Positions 54,316 through 63,756 of a DNA stretch of 64,000 bases are shown here, piece after piece. The notes below the pieces were generated by a model, which was given only the letters and a program-made list of their open reading frames with translations, made no database searches and was not told the origin of the DNA. Every line of letters starts with the position of its first letter. Positions within the stretch are counted from its first letter, which is position 1. Source of the stretch: a virus; the IMG/VR virus record IMGVR_UViG_3300032287_001974, positions 21,633-85,632 of that record. One strand, given 5' to 3'. A program made the position numbers and the translations under genes.

Positions 54316-56352
54316 ATGCCATTATCATTTAAATTAACCACCGACTTTGTAGACGGATACCGAGGTAAAAAAGTACCGTGGGGATACGCGGATGCTGCGG
54401 GAAACTCGGTGGGCGAGATTACCTTTATGAGAACCTACTCCCGTAAAAAAGAAGACGGAACTAAAGAAACTTGGGTAGAAGTATGCGAGCGTGTTATCAA
54501 CGGCATGTATTCGCTACAAAAAGACCACTGTAAGAACGCTCGACTCCCTTGGAATGACGCTAAGGCTCAAGCCTCTGCTAAAGAAGCATTTGACCGCCTG
54601 TTTAACCTGAAGTGGACTCCCCCTGGCCGCGGGCTCTGGGTGATGGGTACTCCGCTTGTAAATGAGCAAAAGAATAGCGCCGCTTTGCAGAACTGTGCAT
54701 TTGTTTCTACTAATGAAATGAATAAGAACAACCCTGCCAAGCCATTTGCGTTCCTTATGGAAGCGTCGATGCTGGGTGTAGGCGTTGGCTTTGACGACAA
54801 GGGCGCAGATAAAGGTTTTACTATCTACGAACCACAGGGCTTCCAGGAATACGTGATCCCAGACACGCGTGAAGGCTGGGCTGAATCTACTTCGGCTCTA
54901 ATCAATTCCTTTTTAAAGCCCGAACAACCAATTTGGGAGTTCAACTACGACCAGATTCGCCCCTTCGGAGCTCCTATCTCGACCTTTGGCGGCACAGCAG
55001 CGGGTCACGAACCGCTATTTAAATTGCATACTCTTATTAGAAACCTGTTTTGTAAGCGTGCTGGAGAATCTCTCACTCGTAAAGACATCGCCGACATCGG
55101 TAACATGATTGGTGTCTGCGTGGTATCGGGTAATGTTCGCCGTTCGGCTGAACTCTTGCTTGGTCGAATTGACGACAAAGACTTCTTGAATCTCAAGAAC
55201 CCTGCTGTGTTCCCAGAGCGTAACTCGTACGACCCAGAGAACCCAGGCTGGGCTTGGATGTCTAACAACTCGGTAGAGGTATCTGTCGGAACTGACTTTG
55301 ACCCAATCGTAGAGGGTATCGCTCTAAATGGTGAGCCTGGGGTTATCTGGATGGACACCACACGCAAGTATGGTCGTCTAGCCGACCAACCTAACAATAA
55401 AGACTGGCGTGCTGCGGGCTATAACCCATGTGCCGAGCAATCGCTTGAGTCATTCGAAATGTGCACTCTCGTAGAAACCTACCTGAACCGCCACGATTCT
55501 CTAGAGGACTACAAACGAACCCTTAAGTTTGCTTATCTCTACGCTAAGACAGTAACTCTACTGCCTACGCATTGGGAGGAAACAAATGCTATTATGCAAC
55601 GAAACCGCCGTATTGGTACTTCGATGTCTGGCGTTGCGAACTTTGCCGATCTAAACGGGCTTCCTGTACTGCGTGACTGGATGGATTCTGGCTACGCTAC
55701 TGTAATCAATTACGATAAAACCTATTCCGAGTGGCTAGGTATTCGTGAATCTATTAAGACAACCACAATTAAACCATCGGGAACTGTGTCGATTCTCTCT
55801 GGAGAGAGCCCTGGCGTGCACTGGACACCGGGCGGAGAATTCTTCCTGCGTGCCATCCGCTTTGCTAATGATGACGCTATGTTGCCTCTCTTTAAAATGG
55901 CTAACTACCGCGTAGAACCTGCGAGTGAATCTCCAAATACTACATCTGTGGTCTTTTTCCCTATTAAATCTCTCGCAAAACGCTCTGAGAAAGATGTTTC
56001 TATCTTCGAGAAGGCTTCTCTCGCAGCGACGGCTCAGCGTTACTGGTCAGATAACTCTGTTTCTGTTACAGTTTCGTTCGATTCAAATACAGAAAAAGAC
56101 TCTGTTGGAACTGTGCTACACATGTTCGACGGCCAGCTCAAGACTGTATCTTTCTTGCCTATGGGTAACCATGTGTATCCTCAAATGCCATACACGCAAA
56201 TAACTGGCGAGGAATACGAGGAATACGCTAAGGAACTGTTCCCTATCGACTTCGCTGGTATCTACGCTGGCTTGGGTAGTGACGCTATCGGCGAGGCTTA
56301 TTGTACGACTGACGCTTGCGAGATTAAACTAATCACCGAGAACCAAAAGTAA
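54316..56352 (+). CDS. nrdJ: Class II (adenosylcobalamin) ribonucleotide reductase, monomeric type
   Basis: PPGRGLW, LQNC, NPCAEQ, TIKPSGT, C-terminal YCTTDAC. Confidence 0.93.
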   Translation: MPLSFKLTTDFVDGYRGKKVPWGYADAAGNSVGEITFMRTYSRKKEDGTKETWVEVCERVINGMYSLQKDHCKNARLPWNDAKAQASAKEAFDRLFNLKWTPPGRGLWVMGTPLVNEQKNSAALQNCAFVSTNEMNKNNPAKPFAFLMEASMLGVGVGFDDKGADKGFTIYEPQGFQEYVIPDTREGWAESTSALINSFLKPEQPIWEFNYDQIRPFGAPISTFGGTAAGHEPLFKLHTLIRNLFCKRAGESLTRKDIADIGNMIGVCVVSGNVRRSAELLLGRIDDKDFLNLKNPAVFPERNSYDPENPGWAWMSNNSVEVSVGTDFDPIVEGIALNGEPGVIWMDTTRKYGRLADQPNNKDWRAAGYNPCAEQSLESFEMCTLVETYLNRHDSLEDYKRTLKFAYLYAKTVTLLPTHWEETNAIMQRNRRIGTSMSGVANFADLNGLPVLRDWMDSGYATVINYDKTYSEWLGIRESIKTTTIKPSGTVSILSGESPGVHWTPGGEFFLRAIRFANDDAMLPLFKMANYRVEPASESPNTTSVVFFPIKSLAKRSEKDVSIFEKASLAATAQRYWSDNSVSVTVSFDSNTEKDSVGTVLHMFDGQLKTVSFLPMGNHVYPQMPYTQITGEEYEEYAKELFPIDFAGIYAGLGSDAIGEAYCTTDACEIKLITENQK

Positions 56353-56374
56353 GCCCAACCTAACAAGACGCAAA

Positions 56375-56404
56375 AGAGCCCCTAGCAAAACTGCTAGGGG
56401 CTCT
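56375..56404. terminator. Terminator hairpin between convergent blocks
   Basis: AGAGCCCCTAGCA / TGCTAGGGGCTCT. Confidence 0.75.
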
Positions 56405-56441
56405 CTGCCTTTTCTATCTCTCTACTTACAGAATAAGTTTA

Positions 56442-56870
56442 TTAAACAGGCCAGTAGTATTCCATGTCGTCAGGCACTCCAGCAAATAGGCTCTCATAAT
56501 GCTCGGGTAGTTTCCTAATAAGATTGCTCTGGTGCGACAAATGGACTCTCTCGTCGGCGATCCAGTCTGGCGGCAGGGCTGAGCATGCGTCGAAACTCTC
56601 TCTCATTTCGCCGATTTTAATTAGGCAAGTGTCCTTATAACCTCTTTTAATCCACTCTCTACAAACGGCTTGTCCGTAGTCGATTAACGCGAGTTCGTGA
56701 CCTCTCCACATCTTAACCGCAGGGTGGCTCTGCCAGCCGTTAGTAATCCCAGCCAGCACTCTTAGAATCTGGTAGGTTTCTACTCTCTGCTTGCCAAGCC
56801 TTTTATTGTCTAGCGATTCGGCTGACTTGTCGTAGTCAGCGTAGGGCAGGAATGTCTGAATCTCACTCAC
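56442..56870 (-). CDS. Pyrimidine-dimer DNA glycosylase family (MSMEG_6728-like) protein
   Basis: QTFLPY..LDNKRLGKQRVE..HPAVKMWRG..SHQSNL. Confidence 0.85.
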   Translation of the reverse strand: MSEIQTFLPYADYDKSAESLDNKRLGKQRVETYQILRVLAGITNGWQSHPAVKMWRGHELALIDYGQAVCREWIKRGYKDTCLIKIGEMRESFDACSALPPDWIADERVHLSHQSNLIRKLPEHYESLFAGVPDDMEYYWPV

Positions 56871-57048
56871 CGCCAATCTCAAAGGCGGTCGCCTCGGTCG
56901 TGCCACAACTCTCGGTGTCGTAGGAATGGTCAGCCGTTTCGTTCATCACGACATCATAGGCTTTCTCAATCGCACTCTCTCGGTCGTCAGCCTCAACCTC
57001 TACTGTGTGTTGTAGCGTTTCGTAGACATTAACAAGATACTTAGGCAT
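56863..57048 (-). CDS. Small acidic protein (DpnD/PcfM-like)
   Basis: Y.V.V.ET...VEVEADDRESA. Confidence 0.65.
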   Translation of the reverse strand: MPKYLVNVYETLQHTVEVEADDRESAIEKAYDVVMNETADHSYDTESCGTTEATAFEIGGE

Positions 57049-57243
57049 TTAATCCCACTCTCCGTTCTCTATCTCCTCTAGGTATTGCCCGAGAATCTCG
57101 TCTAGGAAGTTGGCGGTTCTGCCGTCAATCTCGTCTACGAGGCGTTCCCATAGGTCGTCAGTCAGGGCAACGCTCGGTAATGCTCGCTGTATGTCCTCTC
57201 GGGTGAATACGAGCGACTCCATAGCCTTTAGTTCTTTAGACAT
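57049..57243 (-). CDS. Small acidic protein
   Basis: Packed ORF. Confidence 0.6.
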   Translation of the reverse strand: MSKELKAMESLVFTREDIQRALPSVALTDDLWERLVDEIDGRTANFLDEILGQYLEEIENGEWD

Positions 57244-57414
57244 TTACTTTTCTACTTCCTCTAGGATTTCGACATCAAGGTCGCTCTCGGCAAACTCGCT
57301 GTCGAAGTATTTATCGATACTAGCCTTGATAACTTCTCTGGGGCTCATGGGCTCAGCGGAAAACTCGACAATCAGGGTGCGTGATACTTTTACAATGTAG
57401 GTGTAGTTAGGCAT
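57244..57414 (-). CDS. Small acidic protein
   Basis: MPNYTYIVKVSR...; GAGGAG RBS (not in ORF track). Confidence 0.55.
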   Translation of the reverse strand: MPNYTYIVKVSRTLIVEFSAEPMSPREVIKASIDKYFDSEFAESDLDVEILEEVEK

Positions 57415-57418
57415 TTGA

Positions 57419-57586
57419 TTACTCCTCGTCTATCTTGTTTAGCATGGTAACGACTATCGCGTATGCGTCTGTGAGCCCCTCGTAGTAGTCGTAGTCGTTG
57501 TCGCCGTCAGCCTCGGCTCGTTCCATAGCCTCGCTGTGGTCGATAAGGCGTTGCTCTAGTTCGGCTTTGATTTCGTCAATGGTCAT
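57419..57586 (-). CDS. Small acidic protein
   Basis: MTIDEIKAEL...DYYEG (not in ORF track). Confidence 0.55.
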   Translation of the reverse strand: MTIDEIKAELEQRLIDHSEAMERAEADGDNDYDYYEGLTDAYAIVVTMLNKIDEE

Positions 57587-57766
57587 TTAACTATCCTGTT
57601 CTGTTTCGATTTCGATTACATCTATGCTGACCCATTCGTCAGCGTTGTTGGGCTGGTCAGCGAATCGCTGGTCAAGCATGCGTGAGGCTTGGTTGAGGTC
57701 GTCAGCCTCAACCTCACCTACCTCTAGTTCGACACACTTGACGGCTCGGAATACGAATCGGCTCAC
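57587..57766 (-). CDS. Small acidic protein with EVEADD motif
   Basis: GTGA overlap with vWA gene (not in ORF track). Confidence 0.55.
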   Translation of the reverse strand: MSRFVFRAVKCVELEVGEVEADDLNQASRMLDQRFADQPNNADEWVSIDVIEIETEQDS

Positions 57767-59826
57767 GACCGCACCACGCCTTTAATCTGGGCACGCACCA
57801 CATCTTTAGCGACCTTAACAAGATCGATAGGTTGTGTAATGGCTCGGAAGTCGTGAGCACCATGAGCGTAGGCGTTTTGCTGTTCCTCGTCTGCGAGAAG
57901 TTGCTCAATCCAACGCTCGCTACCAAGGAATACGACCGACACATAGACACCCGAGTTCTTGAGTTGCTCAATCACTAGGTCGTTGCCCTTGTCGAATCCG
58001 CCGTCAGTCAGCAGGAATACCAACTTAGTCTTGGCTTGCGACTGGCTCATAATGCGAGCCGTTTCGACCAAGGCGTAGTAAGGGTCAGTTCCGCCGTTAG
58101 CCTCTACAATGTTCACCTCGCCAGCGAGAGCCCTGTCGTCACGCTCGTAGAGCATGCGACTGACTGTGCTAAAGGTCATAACCGACACCTTGCCGTTGAT
58201 ACGCTCAATGCCACGCTTGATTACCCAAGCCGAGCGACATGCCGAGCCTATTTCGCTATACATAGAGCCCGAGCGGTCAATCAGGATACTCGCCTCAATG
58301 TCGTAGTCGTCATTCCCAAGTTCCCAGCGGTCGAACAACTTACCAATCTCATTAACATCAGCGTTCATGGCTCGGCGAACATTCAGTTTGCCAGTCGGCT
58401 TTTCGAGATTCCAAGCAGGGTCGCTATCAATCCTGATACGCTCTAGTTCCTGACCGAACAGACGGCTTGCCGTAATCTCGGTCTGCGTAGGCGTTTCTTT
58501 CGACCGAGCAGACTTGCCGAGAATCGACTTGGTAGAGCCGTCTTTCAGAATCGCCTTGCCTGTGTCTTGGACTTTCTTGCGTAGGGCAGGGTCGGCTTTC
58601 GCACGCTGAACCGCTTGCTCAAGGGTGTCGGCTAGTTCTTTATTTGTTTCGGTATTAAAATCCTTTGTATCAGGATTGATAATACCTGTATTGCTGTCGC
58701 CCTCGTTCGACCAGCCGAGCACCGAATCGCTGTCGTTAGTCTTGTCGTTCTTACCAGCCTTGTTATCGGGATCGTTGCCCAGCAGGGTGTCCTGCTCCTT
58801 TTCGCTTAGGGGCTTGCCGTTACGCATGACTGGTCTGTGACCGCACCCATTCGGGCTGTTCACGCTGTCTGGCAGAATGGTCATAAATTTCTCAATGAGT
58901 TCTTGAGCCCGAGAGTAATCCCGAGGGAATACCAGCGTGCGATACTCGTTCGTGATGTTGTAAACGAGTTCGGCTTGCTCACGCCCATACTGCTTTTCGT
59001 AGAGAGCACCCGACATACGCCGAGCGTTGAGCGAGAAGTATCGGCGACCAGCGAGCAGGGTGAAGTTCTCGTTCATCTGTTCAGGGTGCTCAATGAGATA
59101 CTGACCAATCAGGCTTACCAAGAATGGTCGCACGCTCGGATACTTGAGGGTCAGGTAATACTCGGCACGACAGTCCTCAAGAATGTTAAACGCTTGCTGG
59201 CGTTTCTGGTCTGGCATGTCCTTAGTTTCCCAAGTCTGCGTGGTCGTAGTTCCGTCAGGCAGGTCGTAGGTATGCTCGTTCGTAACAGTCTTGCGTTCTG
59301 CTACCCACTTGCCCAATGCCGTTCCCACTCTCGGCGTGAATAGCAGGTGAGCGATTTCGTGGTAGTTGAGCCCATGTAGCGATTCGATAGTCGATTCGTC
59401 AATGGTCTTAATAGCCTTGGCATTAAAGGTAATGTTTTTGCCGTCATTCCACGCTGGGGCTTGCTCTTGCCCCTCAACCTCGTCATTCAGGTAAACGACT
59501 ACTGGTAAGCCTGTTAGGATTCGGTCGGCTCGCTGATACACCGAGCACGCACTATCTAGTTCGTTGTTACGAATCAGTAGCACCTGTTCCTTATCAGCCT
59601 TGACGACATTCATGTCCTCGCTGAATCGCTCACGCATGGCGTAGTAAGCCTGATAACGCTCGGACTGGACTTCATCTCTGGGGCGACCAGTTTCCTTAAC
59701 AAGCCTATCGATCGTTGCTGACGAGGTATCCCACTCGCTCTGCTCAATCTGGTTGTCGGCAAGCCACTTGTTCCATGTGGCGTGGTAGTCGTAGTTCCAC
59801 TCGGTAACTCTGTTGTGTTTAGCCAT
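57763..59826 (-). CDS. vWA domain protein with N-terminal HExxH metallopeptidase-like domain
   Basis: HEIAH, NILEDCR, DRSGSM MIDAS, GGT, LTDG. Confidence 0.88.
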   Translation of the reverse strand: MAKHNRVTEWNYDYHATWNKWLADNQIEQSEWDTSSATIDRLVKETGRPRDEVQSERYQAYYAMRERFSEDMNVVKADKEQVLLIRNNELDSACSVYQRADRILTGLPVVVYLNDEVEGQEQAPAWNDGKNITFNAKAIKTIDESTIESLHGLNYHEIAHLLFTPRVGTALGKWVAERKTVTNEHTYDLPDGTTTTQTWETKDMPDQKRQQAFNILEDCRAEYYLTLKYPSVRPFLVSLIGQYLIEHPEQMNENFTLLAGRRYFSLNARRMSGALYEKQYGREQAELVYNITNEYRTLVFPRDYSRAQELIEKFMTILPDSVNSPNGCGHRPVMRNGKPLSEKEQDTLLGNDPDNKAGKNDKTNDSDSVLGWSNEGDSNTGIINPDTKDFNTETNKELADTLEQAVQRAKADPALRKKVQDTGKAILKDGSTKSILGKSARSKETPTQTEITASRLFGQELERIRIDSDPAWNLEKPTGKLNVRRAMNADVNEIGKLFDRWELGNDDYDIEASILIDRSGSMYSEIGSACRSAWVIKRGIERINGKVSVMTFSTVSRMLYERDDRALAGEVNIVEANGGTDPYYALVETARIMSQSQAKTKLVFLLTDGGFDKGNDLVIEQLKNSGVYVSVVFLGSERWIEQLLADEEQQNAYAHGAHDFRAITQPIDLVKVAKDVVRAQIKGVVRS

Positions 59827-59830
59827 TTGA

Positions 59831-61216
59831 TTATGCCTCTACTTCTGATTCGTCTGCTTGGAAAATAGTGGTTTCGACTTCGATACCGAATCCCTGACCG
59901 ATACCATGCTTGGCGGTGTCCATGACCAACTTGACTGCCTCACGCTCGTCATCTAAGAATCCGTTGATGTAGGACTTAATAGCGTAGTCAAGACTTACAT
60001 TCTCAACATTCTTGACGAACGACATGAGCCCTCGGGTTGAGATAGGCGTGTCGATTTCGCCCTTGTCGGCACTCGCACGCAACTTGTCGGCGACCTCAAG
60101 CAACGCCGAGTTCTTAATAAGTTTGCGTTCGATTGTCTTGTCGTAGTCGAATTCTAACTTGTGAGCGAATCGGTCTTTCCACGCTTGGTTCATAGGGCGA
60201 GCACCTCGGTAGTTCGGGTTGTGGTCGCCGATTACAACTAGGTCAGGGTGAGCCTTGATTACCTCGCCACCATTCTCTAGCAACTGGATTTCTCGGCGGT
60301 CGTCTAGCAAGCCAAACAAGACTGTTGTGATACGCTCTGGCATGAAGTCGATTTCGTTGAGCAAGAGCACGCCACCATGTCTTACCAAGTCTGTTACAGG
60401 TCCGTCTTGCCAGCGGAACACACCAGCGGTTTCGGTCGGTGTCCAAGCACCGAACAGGTGGCTCGGCTCAAGCCCGACATTCGCCGAGATGTTGTAGTAG
60501 CGGTAGCCACGACTGCTTGCCCATGCGAGAACACACATGGTCTTACCCGAGCCAGCGTGACCACGAATCAGAACATTCTGGTTCTGGCTCATGGCGACAT
60601 CAAGAATGTCGAAGTCGGTTTTCTTGCCGTCAATCTTGCGGTTGAGGTAGGTGTCTGCCCACTTGCGGTCAGGCACGCATGCGAGTTCGGTCGGCATTAG
60701 AGCCGAGGTTGGGGTTACTGGTAGCGGAACAACCTTGTTATCGGTGATCGATTGGTTCTCTACTGCTGGTGCGGTGGCAGGGTAGAACGCTGGCTCAAGG
60801 GTCTTAATCGGCTTGAGGATTACAGGGTTAGAGCGTCTGCCGTCACGAACATAGCGGTTGAGGTCTGAATCACCAGCGAACAACTGCTCACGCAAGCGAG
60901 CGACCAAGGCGTAGTGCGGTAGGTCGAAGTCGGCAGGGATAGCAGGGTTGGTAAGAGCCTTGACCGACAGGTTGGTAATGTTGCCGATTGAGGCGTTGGC
61001 GACATCACGCTCGGTGATAAGAACGCCGTTTGGCTGACTGGTAACAGGATAGTCAGGCAGGGTATCAACATCAGATACGAGTTGCCATGCTTGACCACGA
61101 CCACGCTGTCCGTTGGATAGGCGGTGGAACATCAGAACATCACTCTCGCTTGGAACGAGAAGTGTTTGGGCTTTACCTGAATCGGTAACGCTTTCTACGA
61201 ATAGAGAGATAGACAT
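59831..61216 (-). CDS. MoxR/CbbQ-type AAA+ ATPase
   Basis: GHAGSGKT, WQDGP, LLNEID, NPNYRG, DRF, STR. Confidence 0.9.
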   Translation of the reverse strand: MSISLFVESVTDSGKAQTLLVPSESDVLMFHRLSNGQRGRGQAWQLVSDVDTLPDYPVTSQPNGVLITERDVANASIGNITNLSVKALTNPAIPADFDLPHYALVARLREQLFAGDSDLNRYVRDGRRSNPVILKPIKTLEPAFYPATAPAVENQSITDNKVVPLPVTPTSALMPTELACVPDRKWADTYLNRKIDGKKTDFDILDVAMSQNQNVLIRGHAGSGKTMCVLAWASSRGYRYYNISANVGLEPSHLFGAWTPTETAGVFRWQDGPVTDLVRHGGVLLLNEIDFMPERITTVLFGLLDDRREIQLLENGGEVIKAHPDLVVIGDHNPNYRGARPMNQAWKDRFAHKLEFDYDKTIERKLIKNSALLEVADKLRASADKGEIDTPISTRGLMSFVKNVENVSLDYAIKSYINGFLDDEREAVKLVMDTAKHGIGQGFGIEVETTIFQADESEVEA

Positions 61217-61690
61217 GTGTATTGCTTTCTGTGAGATGTGCCTCGGGCTTGTCCGTTGGCTACCCCTCAATTCTATACCCCATGCCTGACCAGACTAAAT
61301 AGCATTTCCCTATTTGTTACCAATCCGTTATCAAAAAATAGGGTCGCATGCGTAGCGGATTACCCGCAAAAAATCGGGGCTTGACTGATTCGACCTCTAC
61401 ACCTCATAGAGAGTAATCCTATTAGAGAGAGTTCTATTGGTTGTAGCGGAACAAGCCTGATAGTAACTACTTCCAGCGAGCATGCCTCTCACATCTGGGC
61501 GTATCCCTGCGTGCTTAATGGGCTTATTAGGCAGTAGCCTAAACGGGGCTTAGCATAGTTCTCTCTCTAGCACAATAGGCGTTACCAGATCGTTATACTC
61601 TCCTCTCTCTATGCTTCCTTAGCAGAAACCAAGCAAACAGTCAAGGCCGGCTCTCTCTTCGTTACGCAATCGTTATAATCTCCTAATAGG

Positions 61691-61780
61691 CTTGTTGGGT
61701 TGGTAGCCTTTAGCCTATATAGCTATTCGGGAAATCCGTCCGTCCGGCCGGCTTAGGCTAAAGGCTACCAACCCAACAAG
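61691..61780. repeat. 27-bp perfect inverted repeat element, copy 1
   Basis: CTTGTTGGGTTGGTAGCCTTTAGCCTA at 61691-61717, reverse complement at 61754-61780. Confidence 0.9.
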
Positions 61781-61909
61781 TTTGCTAAGATTGTCGCCAA
61801 AAATGGGGAAAGCCCCGAGCGGATGATGACTCGGGGCTTTCAGCAGGGCACAGAAAGGGGAAGAAGCCCTGCTTGTTGGCGGGTGGGAAGGAGATCCCGC
61901 CAAGTTTAT

Positions 61910-62113
61910 TTAGTCGTCTAGGGCTTCCGCAATGGTATCTACCTCTATGAACTCAACATCTGCGTCTAAGTCCGTGAAGTCATACCCTTTTCCCTCGTAT
62001 TCATCCTCGTCTGTGTGACCATTAGCCACGTGGAACTTCGCAAGAGCCTCATCCTCGCTGCGTGCCTCTACCTCAAAGGCTTCACCCGATAGAATTCTGT
62101 ATTTCTTTGGCAT
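61910..62113 (-). CDS. Small acidic protein (EVEA motif)
   Basis: AGGAGG RBS; FEVEARSEDEA. Confidence 0.65.
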   Translation of the reverse strand: MPKKYRILSGEAFEVEARSEDEALAKFHVANGHTDEDEYEGKGYDFTDLDADVEFIEVDTIAEALDD

Positions 62114-62273
62114 TTTATGCCTCCTTTTCTTTATTTGATTGTAGCACAGGTAGCACTACTTGTTTTTCTTTGCCTGGAACATAATGAGCCAAGCCTGGAA
62201 TGACGCGAGAGCCATAATAAGTTTGCTTAGTGTTCGTATAGACGACCCTAGGAACGTAATAGGCTTACGGTGT

Positions 62274-63056
62274 TTAGACATTCTCCGCCTCAATCCCAGC
62301 CGTGGCTGACACTAAACAGCCTAGTTCCTCTCTGTGTTCCTCTAGGTCAGGGTCAGCCATAGCACCCTCACCCTCGTCACACGCCCAGCAGTAGCCTCGC
62401 AGGTCCACATAGACCTCGTGGGTGATAGGCAAGTCAAGGTCGTAAGACCGCTCTCCGCTTGTCCAGCCTATTTCGCACGCAAAGCACGAGTTCTCGTCAA
62501 GGCTCTTGATAAGGAATGTTAGGGTTGGATACTGCTTAGCAAGACTATCTATTGCTGATACAGGTGGCGACCACGCACTCTCGAACTCATAGGTTAGTTC
62601 CCTATCAGTCCTGCTAACGTGAGCCTCGCTGATTTCCCATTTTGTGCCCCAGTTACGCACATTCCAGTTATACCAGTCCATACCGACAGCCATTTCAGCC
62701 ATAATGCTCGCCATACTGTCTTGGAACTGCTCTGAACCCAATGGTGGCATTTCAGAGATAGCCTCTTTGATTTTCTCCACAACTACCTCTGGGGTGAGTT
62801 TGTTCTCATCCTCAATAGGATTGTTGCGGTCGGCTATGCGTTGTTCGGTCTCGGCACGCTGGTAGTAGGTGTCAAGGTCAATCGGGCGAATGGCGTTCCA
62901 CAAAAGGAACTCTCCCGAAGTGATCGACTTATCAACCCTATTTTCTACATAGTTGTAGTGTTCAGAGTCATAAGGCGTAGCCATTTGGGCTTGGAGTTCA
63001 TCTAGGGTCTCTTTGTCACCAGAGATAACAAGTCTGTTAGTTACCCAGTTAGGCAT
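62274..63056 (-). CDS. DUF1281/YubB ferredoxin-like domain protein
   Basis: MPNWVTNRL, DWYNWNVRNWGTKW, FESAWSPP. Confidence 0.85.
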   Translation of the reverse strand: MPNWVTNRLVISGDKETLDELQAQMATPYDSEHYNYVENRVDKSITSGEFLLWNAIRPIDLDTYYQRAETEQRIADRNNPIEDENKLTPEVVVEKIKEAISEMPPLGSEQFQDSMASIMAEMAVGMDWYNWNVRNWGTKWEISEAHVSRTDRELTYEFESAWSPPVSAIDSLAKQYPTLTFLIKSLDENSCFACEIGWTSGERSYDLDLPITHEVYVDLRGYCWACDEGEGAMADPDLEEHREELGCLVSATAGIEAENV

Positions 63057-63422
63057 TGGTGTCCTCGCCGTCCTCGTAGTAAGAGATGAAGTTGTCTAGG
63101 CAGTTGTCCAACGCACTACACAAGTCCTCCCACTTGTCGTCTGACCAGCCCTCGGGCTTGTCGAAAAGGTATTGTTCCATTATGATGCCCTTCCATCTAG
63201 TTTGGTTAGTTCTCTCTCAAACCAATCGTCGAACGAGTGCTCGCACGATTCGCATAGAGGGTGAACAGTTGTGATGTCAGCGACTTCCATTTCGGCTTGA
63301 CATTTGTAGCACTCTGTCTTTTCCATAATCTCTCCTTCCAAAGAGGTAATACCAGACTACAGGATAGCCTCTCTCTCCTGCACCACTCTAGATAACATTT
63401 GAATAACGATTGCCTATCAGGC

Positions 63423-63506
63423 TTGTTGGGTTGGAAGCCTAATAGCCTATGCGGGATAGATCCGCATAAAACAGCTGCTTAGGCTATTAGGCTTCCAACC
63501 TAACAA
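63423..63506. repeat. 27-bp inverted repeat element, copy 2
   Basis: TTGTTGGGTTGGAAGCCTAATAGCCTA at 63423-63449; partner arm 63480-63506 with one G:T pair. Confidence 0.9.
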
Positions 63507-63756
63507 AACAAATAAGCCCCAACACCTCACGCACAACCTTCGCACGAGGTCAGGAACCAAAATGGGCTGAGCGTCTGCTCGGGGCTGTGTGGCGGGTGTT
63601 GGGGCTTATCTGGGTCTTGTTAGTCGTCTATGTCTTGACCGCACTTGGAACAGGTAGCGAAGTCATGGTCATCACCAGACACCTCGCACTCGTCACAGGT
63701 TAGCCATAGATACGGCTCGGAACAACAGGGGGATAATGGCCTTGCGGTTTTCCCGT

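Noticed and set aside
37671-56352. Inteins or introns in PolA, RecA or NrdJ
   Set aside because: Lengths are ordinary, catalytic motifs are contiguous, and no intein terminal motifs are visible
56859-56861. ATT in place of the family's usual Met (IQTFLPY) as a non-canonical start
   Set aside because: An in-frame GTG three codons upstream overlaps the previous stop and explains initiation adequately
58837-60700. Plus-strand ORFs opposite the vWA/MoxR genes
   Set aside because: Shadow ORFs of well-supported minus-strand genes, without RBS or motifs
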